DNA of 64,000 bases from Flavobacteriaceae bacterium (lineage in GTDB: Bacteria > Bacteroidota > Bacteroidia > Flavobacteriales > Flavobacteriaceae), in assembly GCA_029242825.1 (NCBI GenBank), contig JAQWTF010000004.1, forward strand, positions 571 through 64,570, read 5' to 3'. Under the pieces are notes generated by a model. The model did no database searches. It saw only the letters and a program-made list of their open reading frames with translations, and had not been told where the DNA came from. The first letter of the stretch is position 1; each line of letters opens with the position of its first letter. The translations under genes and the position numbers were made by a program. Positions 1 through 9,726 of this stretch are shown here, in pieces.

Positions 1-120
1 GCTTCTGAGGACAACGAAAAGACTTCTCGAGAAAAAATAGTATTGCCCATAAGTAAAAGAACAGGTAAACAAATGGAGTGGCCTGCTACAAGATCTCCAA
101 ATAGAAAAGGTGGCATGTAA
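1..120 (+). CDS. 3' end of a truncated CDS (product uncertain, possibly a peptidase)
   Basis: Frame 1 is open from base 1: ASEDNEKTSREKIVLPISKRTGKQMEWPATRSPNRKGGM-stop at 118-120, followed by a terminator hairpin. Confidence 0.6.
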   Translation, partial: ASEDNEKTSREKIVLPISKRTGKQMEWPATRSPNRKGGM

Positions 121-141
121 TTAAGTATCATTATGATATAT

Positions 142-176
142 AAAAAGTCCTGTAAATAAAGTTTACAGGACTTTTT
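142..176. terminator. Bidirectional intrinsic terminator
   Basis: AAAAAGTCCTGTAAA-taaag-TTTACAGGACTTTTT perfect inverted repeat with A/T tails between convergent genes. Confidence 0.9.
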
Positions 177-213
177 AATATTTAAATAAAATCTTTAAGA
201 CAGATTAATCTAT

Positions 214-672
214 TTATTGCTTTTGAACTTTAACAGCATTCATTCCTTTTTGACCACGCTCTAATTCAAAGCTAACTTTATCATTTTCCATGATCTCGTC
301 AATTAAACCACTTACATGAACAAAGTGCTTTTCTTGAGAAACGGCATCTATAATAAAACCAAAACCTTTAGATGTGTCAAAGAAAGAAACTTTTCCAGTT
401 CTTAATGGATCTTCCTCTTCTTCATCCCTCTCTTCTTTTTTAGGAATTCCAATAACAATTGACTCAGCGTCTACCTTAACTTTTAAACTAGGATCTGGAG
501 GAGTGTCTGTAAAATGACCATTCTCATCTACATAAACCAACATGTCTTCTAAACTATTAGGCTTCTCAGCATTGGCTTTTCGTTCCAATTTCTTCTTTAG
601 TTTGTCGTCACGTTTTTTTAAACGTTTCTTCTCTTTCTCTTTTTTGTTAAAGGTTTCTTGCGCTCTCGCCAT
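214..672 (-). CDS. Cold-shock domain protein with Lys/Glu-rich N-terminal extension
   Basis: C-terminal CSD with RNP1 KGFGFI and RNP2 FVHVS; TATATTTG promoter element at 722-729 (minus). Confidence 0.9.
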   Translation of the reverse strand: MARAQETFNKKEKEKKRLKKRDDKLKKKLERKANAEKPNSLEDMLVYVDENGHFTDTPPDPSLKVKVDAESIVIGIPKKEERDEEEEDPLRTGKVSFFDTSKGFGFIIDAVSQEKHFVHVSGLIDEIMENDKVSFELERGQKGMNAVKVQKQ

Positions 673-774
673 TTCGATTGATAAGTTTTAAGAACCAAAT
701 GAATAAAGGTCCAATAGGTTACAAATATACGTCAGTTCTCTCATATTTTAAGTAAAAATGCGTAATAATATCCA

Positions 775-2244
775 TTACCTCAAGAAAATAGCATTTCTAA
801 AATGGCTGGACTCCTTTTGCAAATCAATGAGATATCCATTTACTACCGCATGACTAATCACCCCATTTTTTGACAGCAAAAAACTCGGGTTTAAGCCTAC
901 ATAAAGTCTAAAGTCAGGTAGCATAAATTTTTTACTGACCACTTGCATGGGAAAATTAAATCCATTGTCTTCCATGGTTAGTGCGCCAAGCCAATATACA
1001 TAGCCTTTTTTCAGTAATTCATACGCCTTTTCTTTTGTTGGAAGTACGCCATCTTTTGGATGGTATATTTTCCCTGGAATAATTTTATACCCATTGGCAG
1101 GAAATGTTTTGTAACCATAATAGGTAGATAAGTCGCCCAAATCCATAATTTGAGCCTTGGTATAGAAATTAGAATGAGAGGCGTTGTCTACCTCTAAATA
1201 ATGAACTCCAATATCTAAGGTATAGGTGTTTCCTAACAATTCATACTGAACATCTTCTATTTTAAGATCAAATAATTTTCGATCATTTTGAGGAATTTTC
1301 TCATAGTCAGCCAAATCAATTTTTTCATATGATTTTATAGCTATACTATAAAGAGCTGCTAAAATAGAGACGTAATTCAATTGTCTTATTTTTTGTTTCT
1401 CTGCATCGTTTAAAAAACCACCAGACTCAATTAAGATAGCAGAAGTACCCCATTTTTGAATGTTATCTCCAAATGCTCTGGGCTCAAAATCATCATTGTA
1501 ACGCCCCACCTGACCTGGTGCAAAACCTTGAACCAATGCATTCATGAGCACAATTACTTTCATGGCGTTCCCCCTGACCTCATTAATATCTTTCTCATAA
1601 TTATAAGCAGGCGCCAAGTAAGACAGGGTCGCTGGTTTATCAGTCCTTTCTGCATTGTAATACTTACTTTGGTCGTGTAAGTTAAACCCAAAATCTGCTT
1701 CTAAACTATCTCTAACCCTTTTCAAAGTTCGCCCTTCGGGCGATGCCAAGTCCAATGCATCTCTGTTAATATCTATCCCTAAGGCATTCCTTCTGGTAAA
1801 AACTTCAGCACCATCTGGATTAAGCATAGGTAAAAAATGAAACCTCAATTTATTTAAAAGTAATTTTTGGGCGTTGTTTTTTTGCTCTGATGAAAAGTAA
1901 TTTAATATGTCAAAAATTGCTTGGGTGGCTGTAGGCTCATCTCCATGCATTTGAGACCAGAGAAAAACATCGGTGTCTCCACTTCCTAAGCTCAATAAAG
2001 ATAGGCTTCTTCCCTCTATGGACTCCCCTACTTTAGTGACTGTTATTCCAGCTTGATTTTTGTATTTTTCGATAAGAGGTTGAAGGTCTTTATGTTTAAT
2101 CCTTCTTTTATTTAAGGAAGTTTCTTTAAAGTTTTCATACTGTGATACCAAATCATTGACCAATTGGTCTTGTGCCAAGGCTGTCATAGAAACAAAAAGT
2201 AACAATAAGGGAATAAAAAAAGCTGATCTGTTGGGTGAACTCAT
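775..2244 (-). CDS. M14 family zinc carboxypeptidase, secreted
   Basis: SQMHGDE Zn motif, NPDG, DINRD, NLHDQ; start placed at ATG 2244 (MSSPNRSAFFIPLLLLF, signal peptide) rather than 2316. Confidence 0.85.
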   Translation of the reverse strand: MSSPNRSAFFIPLLLLFVSMTALAQDQLVNDLVSQYENFKETSLNKRRIKHKDLQPLIEKYKNQAGITVTKVGESIEGRSLSLLSLGSGDTDVFLWSQMHGDEPTATQAIFDILNYFSSEQKNNAQKLLLNKLRFHFLPMLNPDGAEVFTRRNALGIDINRDALDLASPEGRTLKRVRDSLEADFGFNLHDQSKYYNAERTDKPATLSYLAPAYNYEKDINEVRGNAMKVIVLMNALVQGFAPGQVGRYNDDFEPRAFGDNIQKWGTSAILIESGGFLNDAEKQKIRQLNYVSILAALYSIAIKSYEKIDLADYEKIPQNDRKLFDLKIEDVQYELLGNTYTLDIGVHYLEVDNASHSNFYTKAQIMDLGDLSTYYGYKTFPANGYKIIPGKIYHPKDGVLPTKEKAYELLKKGYVYWLGALTMEDNGFNFPMQVVSKKFMLPDFRLYVGLNPSFLLSKNGVISHAVVNGYLIDLQKESSHFRNAIFLR

Positions 2245-2305
2245 GGATAAATAGTTTGGATGCTGTTTTTGTACTAAGTATTGATCTGTTGTATTCAATA
2301 AATAA

Positions 2306-2968
2306 TTATGGAACAAGAGAAGGATTGGTCTTAAACTTTAATTTTGCCGTAGCCCTTCTGATTTTTGCCATAAAGGCTTCTCCAGGGTCGGTTTTCTGTG
2401 TTCTATACCCCTCGTCTACTTCCTTCCAAAGGGGATGTTTTTCAAATAGAGTATATTCATAATGACCTATAAGATAGTTAATTGCATACTTTGTTTTCAA
2501 GTATTTAATTAATTTTATATTAGATTTTAATTGCGCTTTTGTCAGTGGTGTTTCTTTTGTGCCCCCAACATTTTCAATACCTATAGCGGCATGGTTTAAC
2601 CCTATAACATGTCTGGCCATGTGGTTTTCTGGCATAAGTCTATAAATAGTGCCATCTAGATCTACTAGAAATTGAGCAGACACATTTAGGGCACTTTGAT
2701 TCACTAGTTCCGGCCTCCAATTGGGAAGAGATTCATTGTAAAATGCATCAAATGATTTTTCAAGCGTTGGAATTGCTGTCCAATGCACCACAATCATTTT
2801 GGGATTTATTTGAATATTTTCCTGTGTTATTCCATATCTATTCTCTAAGTATTCCCTAGTAAGTTTTTTTCGTTGTTCCTTAAAAACTATGGGTTTGTCT
2901 ACAATTGGAACTGTTATGGCACAAGAATTTAAAAAAAGTAATCCAATAAAACATAGTAATAACCGCAT
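2306..2968 (-). CDS. N-acetylmuramoyl-L-alanine amidase (Amidase_2), lipoprotein
   Basis: IVVHWT, SAQFLVD, ARHVIGLN, IGIENVG, IGHYE, KTDPG motifs; lipobox LNSC. Confidence 0.85.
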   Translation of the reverse strand: MRLLLCFIGLLFLNSCAITVPIVDKPIVFKEQRKKLTREYLENRYGITQENIQINPKMIVVHWTAIPTLEKSFDAFYNESLPNWRPELVNQSALNVSAQFLVDLDGTIYRLMPENHMARHVIGLNHAAIGIENVGGTKETPLTKAQLKSNIKLIKYLKTKYAINYLIGHYEYTLFEKHPLWKEVDEGYRTQKTDPGEAFMAKIRRATAKLKFKTNPSLVP

Positions 2969-3076
2969 GCGAATTGTTTTTATGTTATAAAGCTACAAAT
3001 AATTTGATATAAGATCTATTTGAATATTCCCTTAAGACTTTATAATTGACTTGACTTATTGTACTTTTGTAGGGCT

Positions 3077-3481
3077 ATGAAAGAATCAAAAAAACCAGAT
3101 GCTGTTGTTTATGACAAGGACAAACAGCAATACAACGCCCATATTTTACCCTATGCTACGGGTGTTGGTGCTCCACAGATTACTGCACCAGATGTAAGCA
3201 GTTGGAAAAATACGCAAGTCCAAACAGTCAATCATGAGTTTAAAGCCCAGTTTAACGCTTTAAAGGAGCAGTACGCTCAAATGATGGATTCCTATGACTT
3301 TAACAAGAGAATTTACAGTTCAAAATTTAGTTTTGAGCCCATCATAGGAGAAACTTACTTCCTTTATTCAGACAAGCAAGGCAATGATTTTTTATCGCTA
3401 ATCCCTCCTACCCAATGCCGCTTTGAGTACTTGGCAACTTGTACTATTGGTCCTGATAAAATTTGGATAAAAAGAGATTAG
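3077..3481 (+). CDS. Conserved hypothetical protein (DUF2452-like)
   Basis: LPYAT..GAP and FEP..GETYFLY motifs typical of this Bacteroidota family; ATG 3077 follows TACTTTTG at 3062-3069. Confidence 0.65.
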   Translation: MKESKKPDAVVYDKDKQQYNAHILPYATGVGAPQITAPDVSSWKNTQVQTVNHEFKAQFNALKEQYAQMMDSYDFNKRIYSSKFSFEPIIGETYFLYSDKQGNDFLSLIPPTQCRFEYLATCTIGPDKIWIKRD

Positions 3482-3523
3482 TCTAAGCTATTTCACTATT
3501 TTAGAGTATTAAATATTACTGAG

Positions 3524-4864
3524 ATGAAATGGTTTAAAAGGATTGCTGGAATTTTATTTTTATTGGTTGTTATCGCTATTGGTTTTAATTATCCCAAACT
3601 AACACTCATTTCAGGCTACAGTTCAAAGTATATAGCCAGTTCAGCTTTTATCTCAGGCCATTCTAAAAGCTATATCGAGGCAAATGACAACAACATCCCC
3701 AACATTAAATTGGCTACAAATGAGTTGGATTATCCAATGAAAATAGCATCGGCGCGCGTTTTTGGTTTACAAAAACGCGAAGCCATATACAAAGAAGGCT
3801 TGGGAGCTATTCTTTTGCCTAAAGGGGTTTCTCCTTCTGATTTGGATAATTTTTTAATACCCAGAAGAAATCTAACACCCATTGAAAAACCCTATCCAAT
3901 AGGGCATTTAGCACCACTAGATACCCTGTTGCCTACTGTGGATTACTCCGCCATTCAAGATGCCTTATCGCTCGTTTTTGAAGACAATCATATTCAGAAA
4001 TCAAGGTCTGCACTCGTATTGTATAAAGGGCAACTTATCGGGGAGAAATACATAGATGGGTTTGGTCCAGATACGCCCGTTCTTGGCTGGTCTATGACCA
4101 AAAGTATCATTGCAACAATTTATGGAATTCTAGAATACCAGGGCAATTTAAAAGTGAGCGATCCTGTGGCTTTGAAAGATTGGGCCAATGATGAAAGGGC
4201 TCTTATTAGCATTGATGATTTATTGAGAATGCAAAGCGGCTTGGCTTTTGAAGAGGATTATTCGGTCATTTCAGACGTGACCAATATGTTGTTTAACGAG
4301 TCAGATATGGCACAGGTGGCTATTGATAGGCCTAGCATAGCAAAACCAGGTAACATTTGGTCTTATTCTTCAGGGACTACGAATATTTTATCTAAATACC
4401 TTAAAACATTTAGTTCAGACGCCCAGCAATACTTAGATTTCCCTTACGCACAATTAATCGATAAAATTGGAATGCATTCCATGGTGATTGAAACTGATAT
4501 GGCGCAAACTTTTGTTGGTTCCTCCTACGGATGGGCCAGCACAAGAGATTGGGCTAGATTCGGTTTACTGTACTTGCAAAACGGGGTTTGGGATGGTTCT
4601 AGAATTTTTAGTGATAGCTGGGTGAATTACATTAGCACGCCTACAGAGGCTTCTAATGGATCATATGGCGCTCATTTTTGGCTCAATGCGGACGGGCACT
4701 TAAAAGATGTTCCTAGAGATCTCTACAGTGCTAATGGACATGATGGACAACATGTTTATGTCATTCCTTCTAAGGACTTGGTGATCGTTAGGACTGGTTT
4801 AGGAGAGCGTCCAGATTACCGAGCCAATGATTTTATTGCAGCCATAGTGGCAGCTGTTGAATAG
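3524..4864 (+). CDS. Serine hydrolase, beta-lactamase/class C-like family
   Basis: SMTK (SxxK), YSS, LLRMQSGL, GHDGQ; N-terminal membrane anchor. Confidence 0.85.
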   Translation: MKWFKRIAGILFLLVVIAIGFNYPKLTLISGYSSKYIASSAFISGHSKSYIEANDNNIPNIKLATNELDYPMKIASARVFGLQKREAIYKEGLGAILLPKGVSPSDLDNFLIPRRNLTPIEKPYPIGHLAPLDTLLPTVDYSAIQDALSLVFEDNHIQKSRSALVLYKGQLIGEKYIDGFGPDTPVLGWSMTKSIIATIYGILEYQGNLKVSDPVALKDWANDERALISIDDLLRMQSGLAFEEDYSVISDVTNMLFNESDMAQVAIDRPSIAKPGNIWSYSSGTTNILSKYLKTFSSDAQQYLDFPYAQLIDKIGMHSMVIETDMAQTFVGSSYGWASTRDWARFGLLYLQNGVWDGSRIFSDSWVNYISTPTEASNGSYGAHFWLNADGHLKDVPRDLYSANGHDGQHVYVIPSKDLVIVRTGLGERPDYRANDFIAAIVAAVE

Positions 4865-4878
4865 TACATCAATCAATT

Positions 4879-5721
4879 TTAGGCGATATAACTGTCCTTG
4901 TCAAAGTTTGGCGGTCTCTTTTCCAAAAAGGCATTTCTACCTTCTTTGGCTTCGTCTGTCATATAAGCCAATCTAGTGGCTTCTCCTGCAAATACTTGCT
5001 GTCCTACCATACCGTCGTCTGTAAGATTCATGGCAAATTTTAACATCTTAATGCTTGTTGGAGACTTTGCAAGGATCTCTTGTGCCCATTCATATGCGGT
5101 AGATTCAAGTGCATCGTGAGGAATAACAGCATTCACCATGCCCATATCAAAGGCTTCTTGTGCGTTGTAATTCCTTCCTAGAAAGAAAATTTCTCTGGCT
5201 TTTTTCTGCCCCACCATTTTAGCCAAATAGGCAGATCCGTAGCCCCCGTCAAAACTGGTAACGTCTGCATCTGTTTGTTTAAATATAGCATGCTCTTTAC
5301 TGGCAAGAGTAAGGTCACATACCACGTGAAGACTGTGCCCTCCTCCTACAGCCCAGCCCGGAACTACTGCAATAACTACCTTTGGCATAAAACGTATTAA
5401 TCTTTGTACTTCGAGTATATTTAGACGGTGGTTTCCATCTTCACCAACGTATCCTTTATGCCCCCTAGCTCTTTGGTCTCCCCCACTACAAAAAGAAAAT
5501 ACACCGTCCTTCGGGGAAGGTCCTTCGCCAGTCAGTAATACTACACCAATGGATGGATCTTCATGAGCGTCATAAAATGCATCGTATAATTCAGAAGTTG
5601 TTTTAGGTCTAAAAGCATTTCTTACTTCTGGTCTGTTAAACGCTATTCTAGCAACACCATTAGATTTTTTGTAAGTAATGTCTTCGTATTTCTTTACTTC
5701 TGTCCAAACAATATTTTCCAT
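4879..5721 (-). CDS. menB: 1,4-dihydroxy-2-naphthoyl-CoA synthase
   Basis: FCSGGDQ, GGGHSLHVVCDLT, SFDGGYGS; start placed at ATG 5721 (MENIVW) to avoid overlap with the upstream gene. Confidence 0.95.
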   Translation of the reverse strand: MENIVWTEVKKYEDITYKKSNGVARIAFNRPEVRNAFRPKTTSELYDAFYDAHEDPSIGVVLLTGEGPSPKDGVFSFCSGGDQRARGHKGYVGEDGNHRLNILEVQRLIRFMPKVVIAVVPGWAVGGGHSLHVVCDLTLASKEHAIFKQTDADVTSFDGGYGSAYLAKMVGQKKAREIFFLGRNYNAQEAFDMGMVNAVIPHDALESTAYEWAQEILAKSPTSIKMLKFAMNLTDDGMVGQQVFAGEATRLAYMTDEAKEGRNAFLEKRPPNFDKDSYIA

Positions 5722-5740
5722 GGTTGATTTTTTTAGCAAG

Positions 5741-7021
5741 TTACGTATTCTTGTTTTTTTCTGTGATCCATAATGACATATATTTTGACGCCTGGAATTG
5801 CTGTTCTTGCAATAGCATTCCAATGAAATTTTTGGCCCTGTGCTCTGCTAAACTATTGGATATTTGAGTGAGGCATTCCAAGAACTTAATTTCATAAACA
5901 CTGCGTTCAAATGACTGATCTATTAATTCGTGTCCTTCGCTTTTAAGTGTTTGCCATTGAACTTTATCCTGATATAACGCTACTGCCATTTGTGCAAATT
6001 CTGCACTTTTATGGGCAACTTTACCAGGCCAATTCACGCTGTAATCCATTCCCTCTTTTCCTATAGATGTTGTAATGTGAGGGCAGCCGTAAACAAATCC
6101 TTCTAATATTTTTCCTTTAATTCCAGCGCCAAATCTCAGCGGAACTAGATTGACCCTATGCTTGGTAAAAGGCGATTTAACATCTTTCACTTCACCGAGA
6201 ATGTGAAACCCAATATTGGGCTTGTGGAGTTCCTGTATTTGCTGGGGCAAGTAGGCTCCATAGATATAGATCTCTGCCAATTTGTGTTGTTTTTTGATCA
6301 GTGGCCAAATACTGAAATACAAACACTTTATAGCGTCTATATTGGGCTGATGAAGTCCATTGCCAATAAAAAAATAACCTGATCTTTTGTGGTAATCTGT
6401 ACTTGCCCTATGGGCTTGTAAATGTTGCTTAGGATAAGTGATGGGTAATAATAAACACAAATGAGGGGGAACTTTGAAATGATCTACCAACACAGTCATT
6501 TCAAATGAAGAAACGACTAAATTTAGATCACACCTAAATATACTGGCCAATTCTCTTTTGGTCAGCCCTCTTGAATTTAATTCATCTAAGTCTGTTGTTT
6601 GATTAAATAATGAGTAGGGTGTGTCTTTATGTTGTTTAATGTAAGATGTGGTTTGTTCCTCCCTTAGTACTCTTAAACAATGTAGGTCTTCTGTATCTAG
6701 AATTGTAAGGGCTTTGGGTAGTATATCGCGAACCCGCCAACCAAATTGTTCCTCTGATATAAATCTGTCAAAAAGAACTATATCTGGTGTAGTTTCTTCT
6801 AGTAAAAGATCAAAAGAAGGGTCATTCACAAGAATTTGTTGGGTAGTAATACCTTTTTCTTTTAAGGCATGTAGCCCGTCTAAATGTTTACTAGTAGCTG
6901 CAAAAGTAATTTCAAATTGTTGAGATATAAAAATAGCTAGTAACTCATGCATACGAACGCCAGCAGCAGTAGCATTGGCTTCGGGCCAATTAGTGCTAAT
7001 ACAGAGGAGCTTTTTGTTCAT
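5741..7021 (-). CDS. Glycosyltransferase, GT4-like (GT-B fold)
   Basis: FIGN..HQPNID and VPLRFGAGIKGKILE..G.P.ITT..G.EG C-terminal signature. Confidence 0.85.
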   Translation of the reverse strand: MNKKLLCISTNWPEANATAAGVRMHELLAIFISQQFEITFAATSKHLDGLHALKEKGITTQQILVNDPSFDLLLEETTPDIVLFDRFISEEQFGWRVRDILPKALTILDTEDLHCLRVLREEQTTSYIKQHKDTPYSLFNQTTDLDELNSRGLTKRELASIFRCDLNLVVSSFEMTVLVDHFKVPPHLCLLLPITYPKQHLQAHRASTDYHKRSGYFFIGNGLHQPNIDAIKCLYFSIWPLIKKQHKLAEIYIYGAYLPQQIQELHKPNIGFHILGEVKDVKSPFTKHRVNLVPLRFGAGIKGKILEGFVYGCPHITTSIGKEGMDYSVNWPGKVAHKSAEFAQMAVALYQDKVQWQTLKSEGHELIDQSFERSVYEIKFLECLTQISNSLAEHRAKNFIGMLLQEQQFQASKYMSLWITEKNKNT

Positions 7022-7063
7022 ATTAAAACGAATTTACAGCATTTTTAGTGCAATGAAGTCCTG

Positions 7064-7107
7064 TTGATTTGAAAAAGTTCTCCGCTTGATTTCAAAAAGT
7101 TCTCCGC
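7064..7107. repeat. 22-bp tandem duplication (2 copies, 1 mismatch)
   Basis: TTGATTTGAAAAAGTTCTCCGC / TTGATTTCAAAAAGTTCTCCGC. Confidence 0.9.
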
Positions 7108-7126
7108 TGCAAAATACCTATGAATC

Positions 7127-8638
7127 TTACATTTTTTTGGCAAACATCTGAGATATTTTGAGCCTTAATTTTCTCTCATAGTCTTCCTCCAACCACTCTT
7201 TGTAGTTTTTTGTATTATTCATAATACAATAGGAATAGAGTCTTATTCTGTAGGCAATTTCTTCTTTGAGCAATTTGGCTAACATTCGAGCGTCAAACAC
7301 ATCTTCACTATTCTCAAAACAAATTTGAGCGTGTTGTGAGATACTTCTATCTAAGACTTCCTTTGACTTTAAACCTTGTGCAAACACCTCTTTATACACT
7401 GCTTTTACGTCAAATTGAAGTACACTAGATTTTTTGAATTTTTGCTTTAAACCAAAAGGCATCTCATAAACAAATTCTCTTTCAATATCCTCGTCATTTT
7501 TAATATTTTCTAGGTAAAAATCAGGAAAATGGAAGATCTCTTGCCAATCAATTGGTGCATTCCATGGACCAAACCTAGCAATATTGTTACCCATGTCTAT
7601 TACATTGAAATGAGATTTATTTTCCAATATTCTCGATCCTCTACCAATCATTTGAAAGTATAAGGTCAATGATCTGGTGGCCCTATTTAAAATAATAGTC
7701 TCTACGCTAGGTTCATCAAATCCGGTCGTTAAAATACTCACTGATGTTAAAATTGCATTGGGCGTTTGAGAAAACCATTCTAATATTTCCTTTCGCTCAG
7801 AAGCACTATTTTTATTATCTAAGTGTCTAATGTCATGCCCAGCTTTTTTAAAAGTCTCATAGACGTATTTAGACGTGTTTATACCATTATTAAAAATCAG
7901 GGTTTTTGAGCCTAAGGCTATTTCTTCATATGCCTCAAGCAATTGTGATAACATGGAGTGGTTGCCGTAAAATGCATCTGAAGATTTTACGGTATAGTCT
8001 CCATTGATCCCTAATTTTAATGTTTTTAAGCTTACATTTTTGTTATACAAATGCGCCTGTGCTAGAAATTTTTTATCAATTAAAGAGGTAATAGACTCTC
8101 CTACAATAAGTTTCTTGTAGTGGTCTTTCATTGGGAGCTTAATATTTGAACTGAGTGGCGTTGCAGTAACTCCTAATATAACAGCGTGTTTAAAAAACTT
8201 CATCAGTTTTCTAAATGAGTTATAATGTGCCTCATCTATAATCACCAATCCAATATTATCTAAACTTACTTTTTCCTCTTGAAGTCTGTTGTTTAGCGTC
8301 TCTACCATAGCCACAAAACAACTGTAATCTTCTTGGTCTTCGAGAGACTTCACATCAGAGTTGATGATTTTATTATGAACCCCAAAGCCCTCTAACATTT
8401 TAGATGTTTGCGTGCTTAACTCAATTCTGTGGGTGAGCACAACTACCTTTTTACCCTTAGTAGCGATATATCTTTTTGCTATTTCAGAAAAAACTACTGT
8501 TTTACCACCACCAGTCGGTAACTGATATAACAAGTTAGTATCAGTAGGAGCACTGTCCAGATAGTCAAAAATGGTATCTAGATCATTTTGTTGGTAATCG
8601 TAAAGTGTTTTCTCAGAAAATTTCGTTGAAACAGACAA
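7127..8638 (-). CDS. Superfamily 2 DEAD/DEAH-box helicase
   Basis: LPTGGGKT Walker A, DEAH, TATP, GFDEP, QMIGRGSR; TTG start; TAATTTTG element at 8704-8711 (minus). Confidence 0.9.
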   Translation of the reverse strand: MSVSTKFSEKTLYDYQQNDLDTIFDYLDSAPTDTNLLYQLPTGGGKTVVFSEIAKRYIATKGKKVVVLTHRIELSTQTSKMLEGFGVHNKIINSDVKSLEDQEDYSCFVAMVETLNNRLQEEKVSLDNIGLVIIDEAHYNSFRKLMKFFKHAVILGVTATPLSSNIKLPMKDHYKKLIVGESITSLIDKKFLAQAHLYNKNVSLKTLKLGINGDYTVKSSDAFYGNHSMLSQLLEAYEEIALGSKTLIFNNGINTSKYVYETFKKAGHDIRHLDNKNSASERKEILEWFSQTPNAILTSVSILTTGFDEPSVETIILNRATRSLTLYFQMIGRGSRILENKSHFNVIDMGNNIARFGPWNAPIDWQEIFHFPDFYLENIKNDEDIEREFVYEMPFGLKQKFKKSSVLQFDVKAVYKEVFAQGLKSKEVLDRSISQHAQICFENSEDVFDARMLAKLLKEEIAYRIRLYSYCIMNNTKNYKEWLEEDYERKLRLKISQMFAKKM

Positions 8639-8757
8639 GTAGTAGTGTTTTTTAATGGTTTTTGTAAAATGATTTTTAAGATTTCTCTAAAAAATCAAAC
8701 GTACAAAATTAACAGATTTTTACCGCTAAGCATAAGGAATCACCGAAAAAGATTAAA

Positions 8758-9684
8758 TTAATATCCCTTTAAAGTATCTACTTGATTTAAAAGCGGTTGG
8801 TGGCTCGTTAATCTGTTATAATTAGCTATTATTTGAGTAACGACAGCTTCTGGACTAGAAATACTTGCGCAATGAGGGGTAATATGAATTTTTGAATGAC
8901 CCCAAAAGGGGCTTTTTGTATCCAATGGCTCCGTTGGAAAAACATCTATTGCGGCACCGCAAATATGTCCTTTGTCTATACTTTGGATTAAATCCTCACC
9001 CATCAAATGTGGTCCTCTTGCCACATGTATTAGATATGCTCCACGGGGTAATTTTGAGAAAAGAGATTCATTTAAAATTCCATTTGTATCTGGTGTTAGT
9101 GGTAGTAAACACACCAAAACATTGGTTTTTTCCAAAAATAAATCCAAATCTACTTTTTCATAGGTTGTGATTCCTTCTATTTGTTTTTTAGAATTAGACC
9201 ATCCTAAAACACTAAAACCTTGAATCGCTAGTGCTTTCGCTGTGGCAGATCCCAATACACCCATTCCCATGATGCCAATCGTGATATCTTTCTTTCTCAA
9301 ATATGGATTTTGCTTCCAAAGTGATAAAGATTGTTGTGAATGATATTGATACAATCCCTTCATATGAGCATATACTTGCGCTGTAACGAACTCTTCCATA
9401 TCTGTTATTAATAAAGGGTCTACTACCCTAGTCATTAACAATTCTTGACGAAAAGAAGGATCTTCGAAAATAAAGTCTACACCTGCGCCCATAGAAGCTA
9501 CACATTTTAAATTTTTGTATTGCTCAAATAATCCGTGGGGCTGTTTCCACACCAATGCCATTGTAATTCTTTCTTTTGGATGTGGTTTATTATAATCAAA
9601 ACATTCAATTTGACTCGCTTGAGATTTAAATGCGTTTAGCCATTGGGAGGTCTTTCCATCTTGTCTGATCAGTAATATTGCCAT
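8758..9684 (-). CDS. ghrA: Glyoxylate/hydroxypyruvate reductase A-like 2-hydroxyacid dehydrogenase
   Basis: GAGVD, GMGVLG nucleotide-binding motif, LLPLTPDT, ARG, DVF..EP, ITPH. Confidence 0.8.
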   Translation of the reverse strand: MAILLIRQDGKTSQWLNAFKSQASQIECFDYNKPHPKERITMALVWKQPHGLFEQYKNLKCVASMGAGVDFIFEDPSFRQELLMTRVVDPLLITDMEEFVTAQVYAHMKGLYQYHSQQSLSLWKQNPYLRKKDITIGIMGMGVLGSATAKALAIQGFSVLGWSNSKKQIEGITTYEKVDLDLFLEKTNVLVCLLPLTPDTNGILNESLFSKLPRGAYLIHVARGPHLMGEDLIQSIDKGHICGAAIDVFPTEPLDTKSPFWGHSKIHITPHCASISSPEAVVTQIIANYNRLTSHQPLLNQVDTLKGY

Positions 9685-9726
9685 AGGGTAGTTTAAAGTA
9701 TATTGTACGAATAAATTTTAGGATGC

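Noticed and set aside
7064-7107. Direct repeats as a mini CRISPR array
   Set aside because: The two copies are directly adjacent with no spacer, and there are no cas genes in the window.
7127-8638. SF2 helicase as part of a restriction or anti-phage system
   Set aside because: No methyltransferase, nuclease or other defence gene is adjacent; it sits among housekeeping genes.
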